Below, one piece after another: positions 1 to 9,600 of a stretch of 64,000 bases of DNA (positions are counted from its first letter, which is position 1; each line of letters starts with the position of its first letter). The notes under the pieces were generated by a model. That model saw nothing but the letters and a program-made list of their open reading frames with translations, searched no databases and was not told the origin of the DNA. The position numbers and the translations under genes are program-made. Source of the DNA: Candidatus Helarchaeota archaeon (GTDB taxonomy: Archaea > Asgardarchaeota > Lokiarchaeia > Helarchaeales > RDOG01); the NCBI GenBank assembly GCA_019058315.1, contig JAHPZH010000003.1, positions 652,451-716,450 of the forward strand, written 5' to 3'.

Positions 1-1
1 T

Positions 2-571
2 TCTGAATTCATTAAAATGAATTCTAGAGTTTATCGCGGTTTTAAAGATACTTGCGTTTTAATCTTGAGAGATTGGAATACATTTGAATTAGAAAATCAT
101 TTAATGAAAGCATTTACTGTTCTTCAAGATCGAATCGTTATTCGTAACATCGAATATGCTGAACGAGCTTTTCATGGAAATCGAATTAAAATTGATGTGC
201 TAGCTTCAAAAATATCTATGAAATCAAAAATATTTAAAGAAAGATTATTTGATATTCTAGGAACATCAGAAGAATTAACTGGAAAATATGATGTTAAAAC
301 TAATGAATATATCTTTCGACCTGATGAGGAACCTAAGACGGTTATACCCACTACCCCATCAATACCAGCTGTAACTAAAAAGGGTTTTTCTGATATTGTA
401 TCCCAAATAGCACCTGTTTTTACAATTATAGCTGCATTTGCTACAGTAACATGGTATATTTATAGTTCAACACAAAGTCTAGTTGTTGCTGTTCTAGTTC
501 CGAGTATTGGATTACCTATTGCCTTTATATTTATGTATTTATATTATCGTAAATTTAGGAAAAAGGATTAA
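2..571 (+). CDS. PCI/winged-helix-like domain protein with two C-terminal TM helices (probably 5'-truncated by window edge)
   Basis: Frame is open from base 2 (SEFIK) upstream of ATG 17; RIKIDVLASKISM...LTGKYD resembles a PCI winged helix; two hydrophobic helices and a basic tail follow. Confidence 0.5.
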   Translation, partial: SEFIKMNSRVYRGFKDTCVLILRDWNTFELENHLMKAFTVLQDRIVIRNIEYAERAFHGNRIKIDVLASKISMKSKIFKERLFDILGTSEELTGKYDVKTNEYIFRPDEEPKTVIPTTPSIPAVTKKGFSDIVSQIAPVFTIIAAFATVTWYIYSSTQSLVVAVLVPSIGLPIAFIFMYLYYRKFRKKD

Positions 572-576
572 TTTCT

Positions 577-774
577 TTGGAGTTCAATTGGAGACATCCG
601 AAATTTATTGCCGTATTATCAGGCGTTCCCACAGGTTTGGTTGTAGCGATTTATATTTTTATTACAGGAGATGAAAGTTTAACTATATGGTTTTTTGGCA
701 TTTCATTACTTATCGGGTTAATAATTGCTATAATACTTATTTATCATAAATCTACAAAAAATAAAAATGGATAG
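577..774 (+). CDS. small two-TM membrane protein
   Basis: 65 aa, two hydrophobic segments, tight spacing to both neighbours. Confidence 0.6.
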   Translation: MEFNWRHPKFIAVLSGVPTGLVVAIYIFITGDESLTIWFFGISLLIGLIIAIILIYHKSTKNKNG

Positions 775-782
775 GGATTCTA

Positions 783-1244
783 TTGCAAGGTAAATTTTTT
801 AATGACTTTAATATTGGAGATAAATTCATTACAGCTAGACGAACTTTAACTGAATATGATTTAGAAACATTCTGCAATCTTGTTTGGTTTAATTCGAGTA
901 TGTTCTTTGATGATATTTATGCAAGTGAAGAAATGCCCTATAAATCAAGAGTGTTTCCAGGACCTCTTATCATCCCTTTAGCAGTAGGTTTATTTTTAAA
1001 ATTAGGAATATATGAACGAACTATAATTGCATTGCTTGGAATTCAAAACATGAAGTTTAAAGCTCCTTTACGTATTGGCGATACGATGCAAGTCGATGTA
1101 GAAATTTTGGATAAGAAGGATTCAAAGACCTATCCAGATAGAGGAGTTTTAATCGTCCAATTTATTGTTAATAAAGCGCTACCAAAGTCTAAAAAAGAAT
1201 TTATTATGAGTTTTGAAATGGCTCATATGCTTAAAAAAAGATAA
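783..1244 (+). CDS. MaoC-like (hotdog fold) dehydratase
   Basis: FFNDFNIGDKFITARRTLTE...F N-terminus, FPGPL, and LGIQNMKFKAPLRIGDT hotdog signature. Confidence 0.85.
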   Translation: MQGKFFNDFNIGDKFITARRTLTEYDLETFCNLVWFNSSMFFDDIYASEEMPYKSRVFPGPLIIPLAVGLFLKLGIYERTIIALLGIQNMKFKAPLRIGDTMQVDVEILDKKDSKTYPDRGVLIVQFIVNKALPKSKKEFIMSFEMAHMLKKR

Positions 1245-1286
1245 AAACAATGATATTTATTTTAATTATATTCAAATCTTTAAGTT

Positions 1287-2117
1287 GTGATTCCGAGATT
1301 GCCAAAGAAAAAATCTGAAGATGACGAACTCATGGAGTTAGGGATTGGAGTAGGTCAGGATCAATTTTATTTAAATCTACCATATTTAGCACTTATTGAC
1401 ACTGATTTATGGAAAAGGAGAAATCCTTGGTCCTTTGATATTAAAACCCTTTTACCTGACTTTTTTGAACGAATGAAAGGAAATTTGAAATTTAAAATTT
1501 TAGGTAAAGCACTCCTCTCGGCAACGCAACTCCATCATGCAAAGATATTATGGTTAATTTATAGAGAAGAAAAGGAAAAAGAAAAGCAAGAAATAGAAAA
1601 GAAACAGAGAGAATCAAAGGAGCTTCCAAGCCTAAAAGTTCCAATCCGTCGTTTTTCAGAAGAAATAAGTAAAGAGGAGCTAATGGATCAGTTAATTAAG
1701 GTTCTACTCGATGATAAAAAAAGGACTGAACGAAGATTAAAGCGAAAGAAAAAAGATAAGGAAAAACAAATCCGAGAACAAAAACGCAAACGCCGTGTAC
1801 CTTTAATAGAGACCATGAAACCTAAGGACTTTGATTATGAAGTAGATGCTGATCGGATGAATGTTAAAGAACGAAATGAACAAGTATACAGTATGGCAAT
1901 TAAATTATTGAAAGAAGCTGCAGAAGCGGGAGAAGATGAAATTAGGTTTGAAAAACTTTTAAAAGCGCTTACAGAAATGGCATCAGATCCAAGAATATTA
2001 ATGGCACGGGTTCTTCTCTCAGTACTGTTTCTTATTTCAGACGGTCTTTTGTATGCTGAACAAGATATTGACACAAAAAGAATTTTTATAATGTTTCCAA
2101 TTGAAGCAGCAGCTTAA
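1287..2117 (+). CDS. scpA: segregation and condensation protein A (kleisin)
   Basis: NPWSFDIKTL...GKALLSATQLH..K N-domain; RR...ISKEELMDQL motif; C-terminal winged helix LLSVLFLISDG...EQ; adjacent to scpB and smc. Confidence 0.8.
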   Translation: MIPRLPKKKSEDDELMELGIGVGQDQFYLNLPYLALIDTDLWKRRNPWSFDIKTLLPDFFERMKGNLKFKILGKALLSATQLHHAKILWLIYREEKEKEKQEIEKKQRESKELPSLKVPIRRFSEEISKEELMDQLIKVLLDDKKRTERRLKRKKKDKEKQIREQKRKRRVPLIETMKPKDFDYEVDADRMNVKERNEQVYSMAIKLLKEAAEAGEDEIRFEKLLKALTEMASDPRILMARVLLSVLFLISDGLLYAEQDIDTKRIFIMFPIEAAA

Positions 2118-2145
2118 TTTTTTTAAAAGGATATGAGCTAATAAT

Positions 2146-2991
2146 ATGCCAAATTTAGAACATGTTAAACTCGTGGAAGCTAGTCTTTTTATTGCAGGAC
2201 GTTCAATTAAAACGGATAATTTACTCACGCTTATTGATGGGAAAGGGAAAGAGGAATTAAATAACATTATAGAACAAATCTCAAAAAGTTTAGAGAAACG
2301 TAATAGTTTTATCGAAATCGTAAAAATTGAAGACGAATATATGATGCGGGTTAAGCCTGCAATTAGAAAAGAGTTAGGGGATATTGAGACTAGAAAATCG
2401 CTTCCGGATGAATTTATAAAAATATTAGCAATAATTGCTATGAAACAGCCTATTAAATATGGAGACATAAGGAAAATTTATTCTGGAAAAAATCTAAAGG
2501 AAAATGTCTCGGAATTATTGAGGAAAGGATTTATTCAAGTTAGAAAAGAAAAAAGAACTAAATTCTTAACAACTACACCTCATTTTGCTAATGTTTTTAA
2601 TTTAGATCCAGCAAATATGAAAAGTGAAATTCTTAGAATTCTAACAAAACGGCTTTCACAGCGTGCAGTTAAAGCACCAGAGATGATTAAGAGGGACGAA
2701 AAAGAGGATAAGGAAGTTTTAACGGAAGTTGAAATAAAGGAAATTGAAGAAAAATATTATGATTTAATGGAAAAGTTAGAAAAAGAAAGGGAAGAGGAGA
2801 GAAAACGTTTAGAAGAAGAAGAAAAAAAGAAAGCTGAAGAAGCAGCACTTATAAAAAATCTAGTTTTAGATCCCATGGCAAGTATATTTAAGCCTAAAAA
2901 AGAAGATAAAGAAGAAGATATGCCTAAAAAGGAAGATAAAGAAGAAGAAAAGGAAGTCACAGAGAAAAATTCTGAAATAAAAGAGAGTTAA
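2146..2991 (+). CDS. scpB: segregation and condensation protein B (kite) with charged C-terminal extension
   Basis: VEASLFIAG; ILAIIAMKQPI; L..KGFI...TTPHFANVFNL tandem winged-helix motifs. Confidence 0.88.
   Translation: MPNLEHVKLVEASLFIAGRSIKTDNLLTLIDGKGKEELNNIIEQISKSLEKRNSFIEIVKIEDEYMMRVKPAIRKELGDIETRKSLPDEFIKILAIIAMKQPIKYGDIRKIYSGKNLKENVSELLRKGFIQVRKEKRTKFLTTTPHFANVFNLDPANMKSEILRILTKRLSQRAVKAPEMIKRDEKEDKEVLTEVEIKEIEEKYYDLMEKLEKEREEERKRLEEEEKKKAEEAALIKNLVLDPMASIFKPKKEDKEEDMPKKEDKEEEKEVTEKNSEIKES
2892..2948 (+). repeat. 30-bp-period direct repeat encoding PKKEDKEE twice
   Basis: gcctaaaaa(a/g)gaagataaagaagaaga occurs at 2892 and 2922. Confidence 0.8.
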
Positions 2992-3106
2992 TAAATTATA
3001 AAAGTAATCAAATTAAGTACAATAAGGATAATTTCATAATCAATCAATATATTTTTTCATCTCAAAGAGGGAGATTGAAATTAAAAATATTAAAAGAGAA
3101 GAGCTC

Positions 3107-3562
3107 GTGGATGAAAAAGCTCAAACCATTTTGTTACAAGCAACATACCCAGAAATAGTCTCGGTTCTTAAAAGAAGCATGGGGAAGGAAGCTTGTGTAG
3201 AAATTTTAAGAGATCTTGGAGCTATTGCGGCAAAAACAGTATCAGAATATTGGTTACCTAAGGGAAAAAACATTCAAGATATGGTTAAGGAAATTTTCAA
3301 AAAAATTCTAGATAATAAAGATATAAAAATCGTTAAAGAAAAAGGACAAAATTTTTTAGTTCAAGATTTTGAGTGTAGACTATGTTGGGAAGGAGTAGAA
3401 GAAGAGGATATTAACTATTGCGTATCAACATCCGCCTTTATAGAGGAAATATTAAATGTTATCAGGAAATCATATGTTTATCTACCCTCAGTCAAAGTTT
3501 CCACAATCAAATCTAAAGCAGCAGGAGCAGACCATTGTGAACATTTAATAGAATTCTTATGA
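3107..3562 (+). CDS. Bet3/TRAPP-like V4R-fold protein
   Basis: LLQATYPEIV...LRDLG, CRLC...YC...FIEEIL, KSKAAGADHCEH; pattern aligns by eye with the Bet3/V4R fold. Confidence 0.7.
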   Translation: MDEKAQTILLQATYPEIVSVLKRSMGKEACVEILRDLGAIAAKTVSEYWLPKGKNIQDMVKEIFKKILDNKDIKIVKEKGQNFLVQDFECRLCWEGVEEEDINYCVSTSAFIEEILNVIRKSYVYLPSVKVSTIKSKAAGADHCEHLIEFL

Positions 3563-3571
3563 GGGATAAAT

Positions 3572-4213
3572 TTGCCAGGTAGAAAAAAGTTAGGACTTTT
3601 AAGGAAAGCATTAGCAAAAGTAGGCAAACATGTAATGTGGACGTTTTCTAAAAAACTTAATAGGTTATTCCTTCATGGCTGCTGGAAAAGCGTTATATTA
3701 AAATTTTCGGAGTTAAATGAGAATGATGCTAATAAAGCTACTGAGATCTGGTTTGAGATAGGGAAGGCAGCAGGAGATAGCTTAATGTATGCTTGGTTAG
3801 ATAGAGGAAAAATGATTTTCTCTAAAAAGCTTGAGGATATGAAAGTTGTGGTTGAAACTGCTTGGTATAGCTTTTTAGGCGATCATACAGATGATGTAAG
3901 ATATTATGAAGCAGGTGATGGACATGAGGTTCCTAGAATCGTATGGCGATTCTGGAAATGTTGGATGTGTTCTGGAGTTTTTGAAGATGAAGACCTCAAA
4001 CATTTAGATTTAGAAAATCTTCAGGAATTTGGATATGGTGCGGCAGCAGCTGGGATTTTTGAAACAGCACTTCAAATGGTCCAAGATTATGTTGATAATC
4101 CATATCGAGTAGTAGTTCGAGAAACTAAATGTTTCTGCAGAGGGGATGATTATCAAGAATTTACAGCATATTTCTATCCAAAAGAAGAACCAGAATCATC
4201 CTTTGAGATATAA
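3572..4213 (+). CDS. V4R/Bet3-like domain protein
   Basis: WFEIGKAAG; CWMC; AAAGIFETAL; VRETKCFCRGDDYQEF V4R C-terminal motif. Confidence 0.75.
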   Translation: MPGRKKLGLLRKALAKVGKHVMWTFSKKLNRLFLHGCWKSVILKFSELNENDANKATEIWFEIGKAAGDSLMYAWLDRGKMIFSKKLEDMKVVVETAWYSFLGDHTDDVRYYEAGDGHEVPRIVWRFWKCWMCSGVFEDEDLKHLDLENLQEFGYGAAAAGIFETALQMVQDYVDNPYRVVVRETKCFCRGDDYQEFTAYFYPKEEPESSFEI

Positions 4214-4220
4214 TGGATAA

Positions 4221-5381
4221 TTAAAAGAAATTATCCAGCCAAGGTTTCATTTCCAAAATTAGAGGTTCTTTTGATATAAATTCGGGATTATCTGGACTGA
4301 CATAAGTTAAAAAGAACTTTTCTTTATCTTTGGTGACAATCCTCTCAAGAGTGCAATATTTTTTATTTTTTAATGCAAGGATTAATTTTAGAGCTTGGTC
4401 AGGAAATATATTTAATTCTTCGCCAAGAATAGTATTAAAAGCAAAATTTTTTGCAAGCTCCTTTTCGTCATCTCCGTTTTCGGCTATGCAAATGCCGGTT
4501 TCGTTATAAATTGAAATATATTTTGCATTTACTTTAGACTCAAAATTCATTAGAATATTTTTTATTATAGTATTAACTGGAGAAAGTTCTCTAAGACTTT
4601 CACTAAAAGCAGAGAAGATGCTGTTAAAATTAAAAATACTGGTTACATGGGTAAAAAATCGAATCTCTCCAAAGATTTTTTGGATTTCTTTGCTAATTGC
4701 TGTTTTTTCTTTTTTAATATCTGGTGGTTTCATTTTGTCTGATTTATGTAATAGAACAACTGAAACGGGAGCTTCCTCTAAATATTTGAAAATTTCAACA
4801 ATATTTTTTAAATATTCCAATGCTGCATTTGTTCTTTTAGTATCGGATATATCAATAACAAAGACAAAGAGACTTGTGTAGCCAAAATGTTCTTTTGGTT
4901 CAGATAGATATTTTTTTCTATAGATATCTTGTCCTCCGAGATCCCATATACTTAAATTATAGCCGAATAGTTCAATATTTTCATATTCTACACCTTTTGT
5001 TGGCTTTAGTGATTTGGTTTCTTTTCCATCTTTTGCCTCTTGTGGATTAAGGAGAGTCTGAATGATTGAAGTCTTACCAGCAGCGTCAATACCAGCAATA
5101 ACTATTTTCTTTTCGGTAGTTTTCGCCCCTGTTGCAACTTCATTAATTATACGAGCGGCAGTAGTTAATTTCTCTATTTTTAAGGATTCTACAGACTTTA
5201 ATAGTTTATCAGGACTTTCAATTTTAATTAAATCAGCAATTTTGGCAATATTGTTTTGATTTAGCACTTTAGCGGTATCTTCATCACAGCCTTTCAAAGA
5301 AGTTATATCTAATTCAAGAACTTTTTGTAAATCAGCTGGAACTTTTTTAACATTTAATAGGGCAGCAATTTTAGAGGACAT
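4221..5381 (-). CDS. Rag/Gtr-like small GTPase with N-terminal HhH-like module and C-terminal roadblock domain
   Basis: G1 GIDAAGKTS, G2 PTKG, G3 WDLGGQ, G4 HKSD, G5 TSIF; post-G5 SIFSAFSESLRELSP...NFESKVNAKYISIY resembles the RagA/Gtr1 linker and C-terminal roadblock. Confidence 0.82.
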   Translation of the reverse strand: MSSKIAALLNVKKVPADLQKVLELDITSLKGCDEDTAKVLNQNNIAKIADLIKIESPDKLLKSVESLKIEKLTTAARIINEVATGAKTTEKKIVIAGIDAAGKTSIIQTLLNPQEAKDGKETKSLKPTKGVEYENIELFGYNLSIWDLGGQDIYRKKYLSEPKEHFGYTSLFVFVIDISDTKRTNAALEYLKNIVEIFKYLEEAPVSVVLLHKSDKMKPPDIKKEKTAISKEIQKIFGEIRFFTHVTSIFNFNSIFSAFSESLRELSPVNTIIKNILMNFESKVNAKYISIYNETGICIAENGDDEKELAKNFAFNTILGEELNIFPDQALKLILALKNKKYCTLERIVTKDKEKFFLTYVSPDNPEFISKEPLILEMKPWLDNFF

Positions 5382-5470
5382 AGCAATCCCTTATTTTTTA
5401 AAATCAATGATGTAATATATTTATACAAGATTATTTTTATATTTTTAAATTATTTTTTACAGTGCTTTAA

Positions 5471-6502
5471 ATGGCAAATGAGAAAGAACAAGACGAAGAT
5501 GCAGTAGAATCTCAAGACATTGAGGATGAAGATGAAGAAATAGAAAAAATGTTAGAAGAATTAGAGGAAGAAGAATTAGAAGAAGAAGGATTAGAGAAAG
5601 AAGAAATAATGGAGACCCAGCCAGAGATTAAAACGGATTTGGAAAAGGATATAGATATAAAAGACATTGAAATTACCTCAGAGATGGAACTCCCTATTCA
5701 TGAACAAGAATCACCACCTAAGACACAAAATTCGACTGAAGAAACATCAATAATGGCTCAGGTTTCAAAAGCTAAAGATTTAGAACAATTAATTGAAACA
5801 GAGGAACAAAAAAGCATTGAAGGTGAGGAATCCTTAATGTCTGATCAAGCACTTGATGAATTAGAAGCCATAGAAGATAAATCAGCTAAAGATCAATTTA
5901 AAGACCTTCATGCATATATTGAAGCCATTTTATTTGAGGTTGGAAAACCTCTTAAAGAATCAGAACTTGTTGACTTATTATTTGAAAAATATAAAGCTGA
6001 TAGAAATAGGATTAGATGGGGGTTAAGAATAGTAATGAGAGCTTTAGAAGCCCAGAATAGTTCAATCCAATTAATAAACCCCACTAAGGATTTTTGGTCT
6101 TTTCAACTTCACAGAGAGCTATCAGATGACTTTTTAGACAAAATAGAGAAATTTATCCCTGAAGAGGAATTTATTTCTAAAAGAGAAACCGTATTTTTAA
6201 CCGAAATAGCTTATAGACAACCAGTTACTACAACAGATATATTAAAGATTTTAGGTGCTGATGGATATGATTATATACGCTCTCTAGAAGAAAAAGATCT
6301 TATATTTATGACAAAAGAAGGGCAATCTAATATCTTAAGAACCACCGAAAAATTTGCACAAATTTTTGGTTTTGATACACAATTAAGAAGTTTAAAACTT
6401 CAACTAGTTTGGAGGCTTAAAAAATTAGCTAGATCCGAAGCAGCAAGAGATAAAGCTACTTTAGCTCTATTAAAGAAAGATAGAGAAAAGTACGAATCTT
6501 AA
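5471..6502 (+). CDS. scpB: second, divergent ScpB paralogue with long acidic N-terminal extension
   Basis: IEAILFEVGKPL; LTEIAYRQPVT; LEEKDLI...RTTEKFAQIFG; about 140 aa Glu/Asp-rich N-terminus. Confidence 0.85.
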   Translation: MANEKEQDEDAVESQDIEDEDEEIEKMLEELEEEELEEEGLEKEEIMETQPEIKTDLEKDIDIKDIEITSEMELPIHEQESPPKTQNSTEETSIMAQVSKAKDLEQLIETEEQKSIEGEESLMSDQALDELEAIEDKSAKDQFKDLHAYIEAILFEVGKPLKESELVDLLFEKYKADRNRIRWGLRIVMRALEAQNSSIQLINPTKDFWSFQLHRELSDDFLDKIEKFIPEEEFISKRETVFLTEIAYRQPVTTTDILKILGADGYDYIRSLEEKDLIFMTKEGQSNILRTTEKFAQIFGFDTQLRSLKLQLVWRLKKLARSEAARDKATLALLKKDREKYES

Positions 6503-6607
6503 TTTAATAAAAATAGAGAAATGACAAAATAATATCATAGTAATTAAATATTTAAATTATTATTGGAATTAGATTAATTAAAATGGTTACCTTTTTAAAA
6601 TTGGTGA

Positions 6608-9600
6608 ATGGAAAAGATGACATTTATCAAACGCATCGATATGACAGGATTTAAGTCATACGGAAGAGGAACTATATCTTTAGGATTTGGTCCTGGATTT
6701 ACGGGAATAATTGGACCAAATGGTTCAGGAAAAAGTAATATAGTAGATGCAATTTCCTATACATTAGGGGAATTGAGCTCGAAAAGTATGCGAGCGAAGG
6801 ATTTAAGGGATCTCATATATTCAGGAACTGGAGGTGATAATCCTGCCGATTTCGCTTCCGTTAATATTGTGTTTGATAATTCCGATAAAAAGATTCCGGT
6901 TCCTTTTGATGAAGTTATGGTACAAAGAGATATAAAAAGAAAGGGAGGAGGTTCCGTTTATAGGTTTAATGGGAAACGATCTACTAGAACTGAGATCATG
7001 GATAAATTAAAGATTGCCAATATTGATGTAAAAGAGGGGTTTAATTTAGTGTTGCAGGGGAGAATTGCAGAACTTGCTGCTATGAATCCCGATGAACGTA
7101 GGGAATTAATTGAGGATTTAGCGGGGACAAATGAATTTGATGAAAAAAAAATTGCGAGTATAAGTGAATTAGAAAAGGCTGAAATAAAACTAAGTGAATT
7201 AGAATTATTAATTAATGAAACCGAGACTAATGTAAAGAGATTGGATAAAGAAAAAAAAGATGTGGAAGAATGGGAGCTAGTTGTAGAACAAATATTTGAT
7301 AATAAAACCCAACTTTTATCTTTTCGACATGGAAATTTAGTTGAAGAATTAAAGGGATTCCAAACCAAAAGTGACGAGTTACTTAAAGAAATAAAGGAAG
7401 TAGAAGAGGAGAAAAATAAAAAAATTAAGATCTTAGACGAAGTAAATAAAAGTATTGAGGATGTCAAAAATAAAATAAATAAAAAACAGACCGACCTTGA
7501 AAATGTTCAAGCAGATATTTCTAATTTAAAATCAACCATTACTGGGCTCAAAAGGGATGTAACACATAGAGAAAAACGAATTAAAGAAATGGAGCAAGAA
7601 CAAGAAGATACTAAATCAAGAATTCAAAATATTAAAAAGAATCAAGACAAATTAGGAAGTGAAGTTACAGATATTGAAAGTAAGTTGGGTGTACTTGGAA
7701 AAAAGAGGGATGAAGAAAGAGCAGAACAAGAAAGATTAAATAAATTGATTCAAAAAAGTCAAACGCAATTTGAAACTCTTCAAACCCGTGCTACGGAAAT
7801 TCAAAAACAAATAGAAATGAAAACTAAAAAATTAAATAATTTAGAAATTCAAAAATCAATGAAATTATCTGGAGCAGAAATAAAACAAAATACATATGAT
7901 TCCAGAAAGCGTGAATTGGAATCACGTAAAAGAACATATAATCAGAATTTAGAATCCCTTAAAGCTTTAGAATTAGAAATAGTTCAATCGAAAGAACTAC
8001 TTCAAGTAGCATCACATAGAGTTGACTCATCAGATTCTAAAAGATCAACATATGAAGAAAGATTAGAACAGTTATATGATTTAAAATCCAAATTGGAAAA
8101 AAACACCTCATCTCTTGAAGCAAAAATTGACACTATTCAGAGTTTTCAAGGAGGAGATACGAATCCTGTAATTAAAAAAATTATGGGAAAAAAGGAAAAA
8201 AATGAAATTGTTGGTATTATCGGCAGATTTGGCGATTTAATAAATCTTGATGAACTTGATCCTAATGATAAAGCAGCACTTATTCCTTATTTGAATACTA
8301 TTATTGTTGATAGCACATTAACTGCTGCTGAAGCAATTCAAATTCTTAAAGATGAGCAAATAGGATATGGTTCTTTTATCCCTCTAGAAGAATTAGGAGA
8401 AATAATAATTGGACAAAATCTTCCATTTAAATTCTTGGAGGATCTTGACAGAAAGATGAAGGCAACGGCATTTATTTTTAATGATACTGTTGTTACTGAA
8501 AATCTTCATTCAGCAATTGATCTATTTATTAAAAATATTGAAGAAAAGAAATATGGAACTCAAATTCTGACTTTACAAGGTGAGAAAATCTCTAGAGAGG
8601 GGATTATTTCTGGTGGTGCTAGTTTAGAATTTGCTGAAACTCAAATATTAGATTTAAAAAAGAAATTAGAAGAACAGCAAGGAGAAGTTGGCAAGATTAG
8701 TGAAGAACAGATTATAACCAAACAAAAACTTGCTAAATTAAATGACTTATTAGCTGAAGTTAAAAGAAAACAAGAAAATGTAAAACAGAATATAAAGAAT
8801 AAACAAGAGAAAATGGATAGTATAACTAAGCTGATTGAGGAAGATAAATTTCATATCAATAGAATTGAGCAAGAATTAGAATCTTTAAAATTGAATATTG
8901 AAGCGATTAATACCTTATCAGCGAATATTGAACGTGAAAAGTCGGAAACTGAAACATCTGTTGCAGTACTTAAAGAAGATAAGAAAGTTATTGACGATGA
9001 GATTGAAAAAACTGAGATGACTAAGCTTTTAGATTCTGTTCGTAAGGTAGAAAAAGAATTATCGAAATTAGAAATTGATTATAGTAAAAATGAAGCTATA
9101 AAGAGTGAAAAATTACAACAGATAAATGATATCCTCGATAAAAATATAAAAGAAAAAGAGTCTCAAGTTCAAAATCTAATCAAAGAAATTGAGCAAGCAA
9201 GAAAAGATATTGAAAAATTTAATAGTGAAAAAAATCAAGCTGAAAAAGATTTAACTGCTAAAACAAAGGGTGAAGAAGATTTTAAAAAGGAAATTCAAGA
9301 ACTTCAAGATTCTATTAGTACAAAGTTAAACGAGATAGAAGCGAAGCGAAATGAAAATACTGCTCTTAATAGAAGAATAGAAAGATTACGTGAACAAGTA
9401 GGTGAAATCAAAGTCAATCAAGAGAGAGTAAAAACAGAATTGAGTAATGTCCAAAAACAGATTGAAGAAGAAGAGATAGAATTGATTCAACTTAAGAAAG
9501 AGGTTGATGAAAAAAAGCTTGAAAGCAAAATTCGAGAACTTTTAGACAGAAAACGACAGCTTGAACCAGTTAATGCCCTTGCTATAAAGCAGTTCCATGA

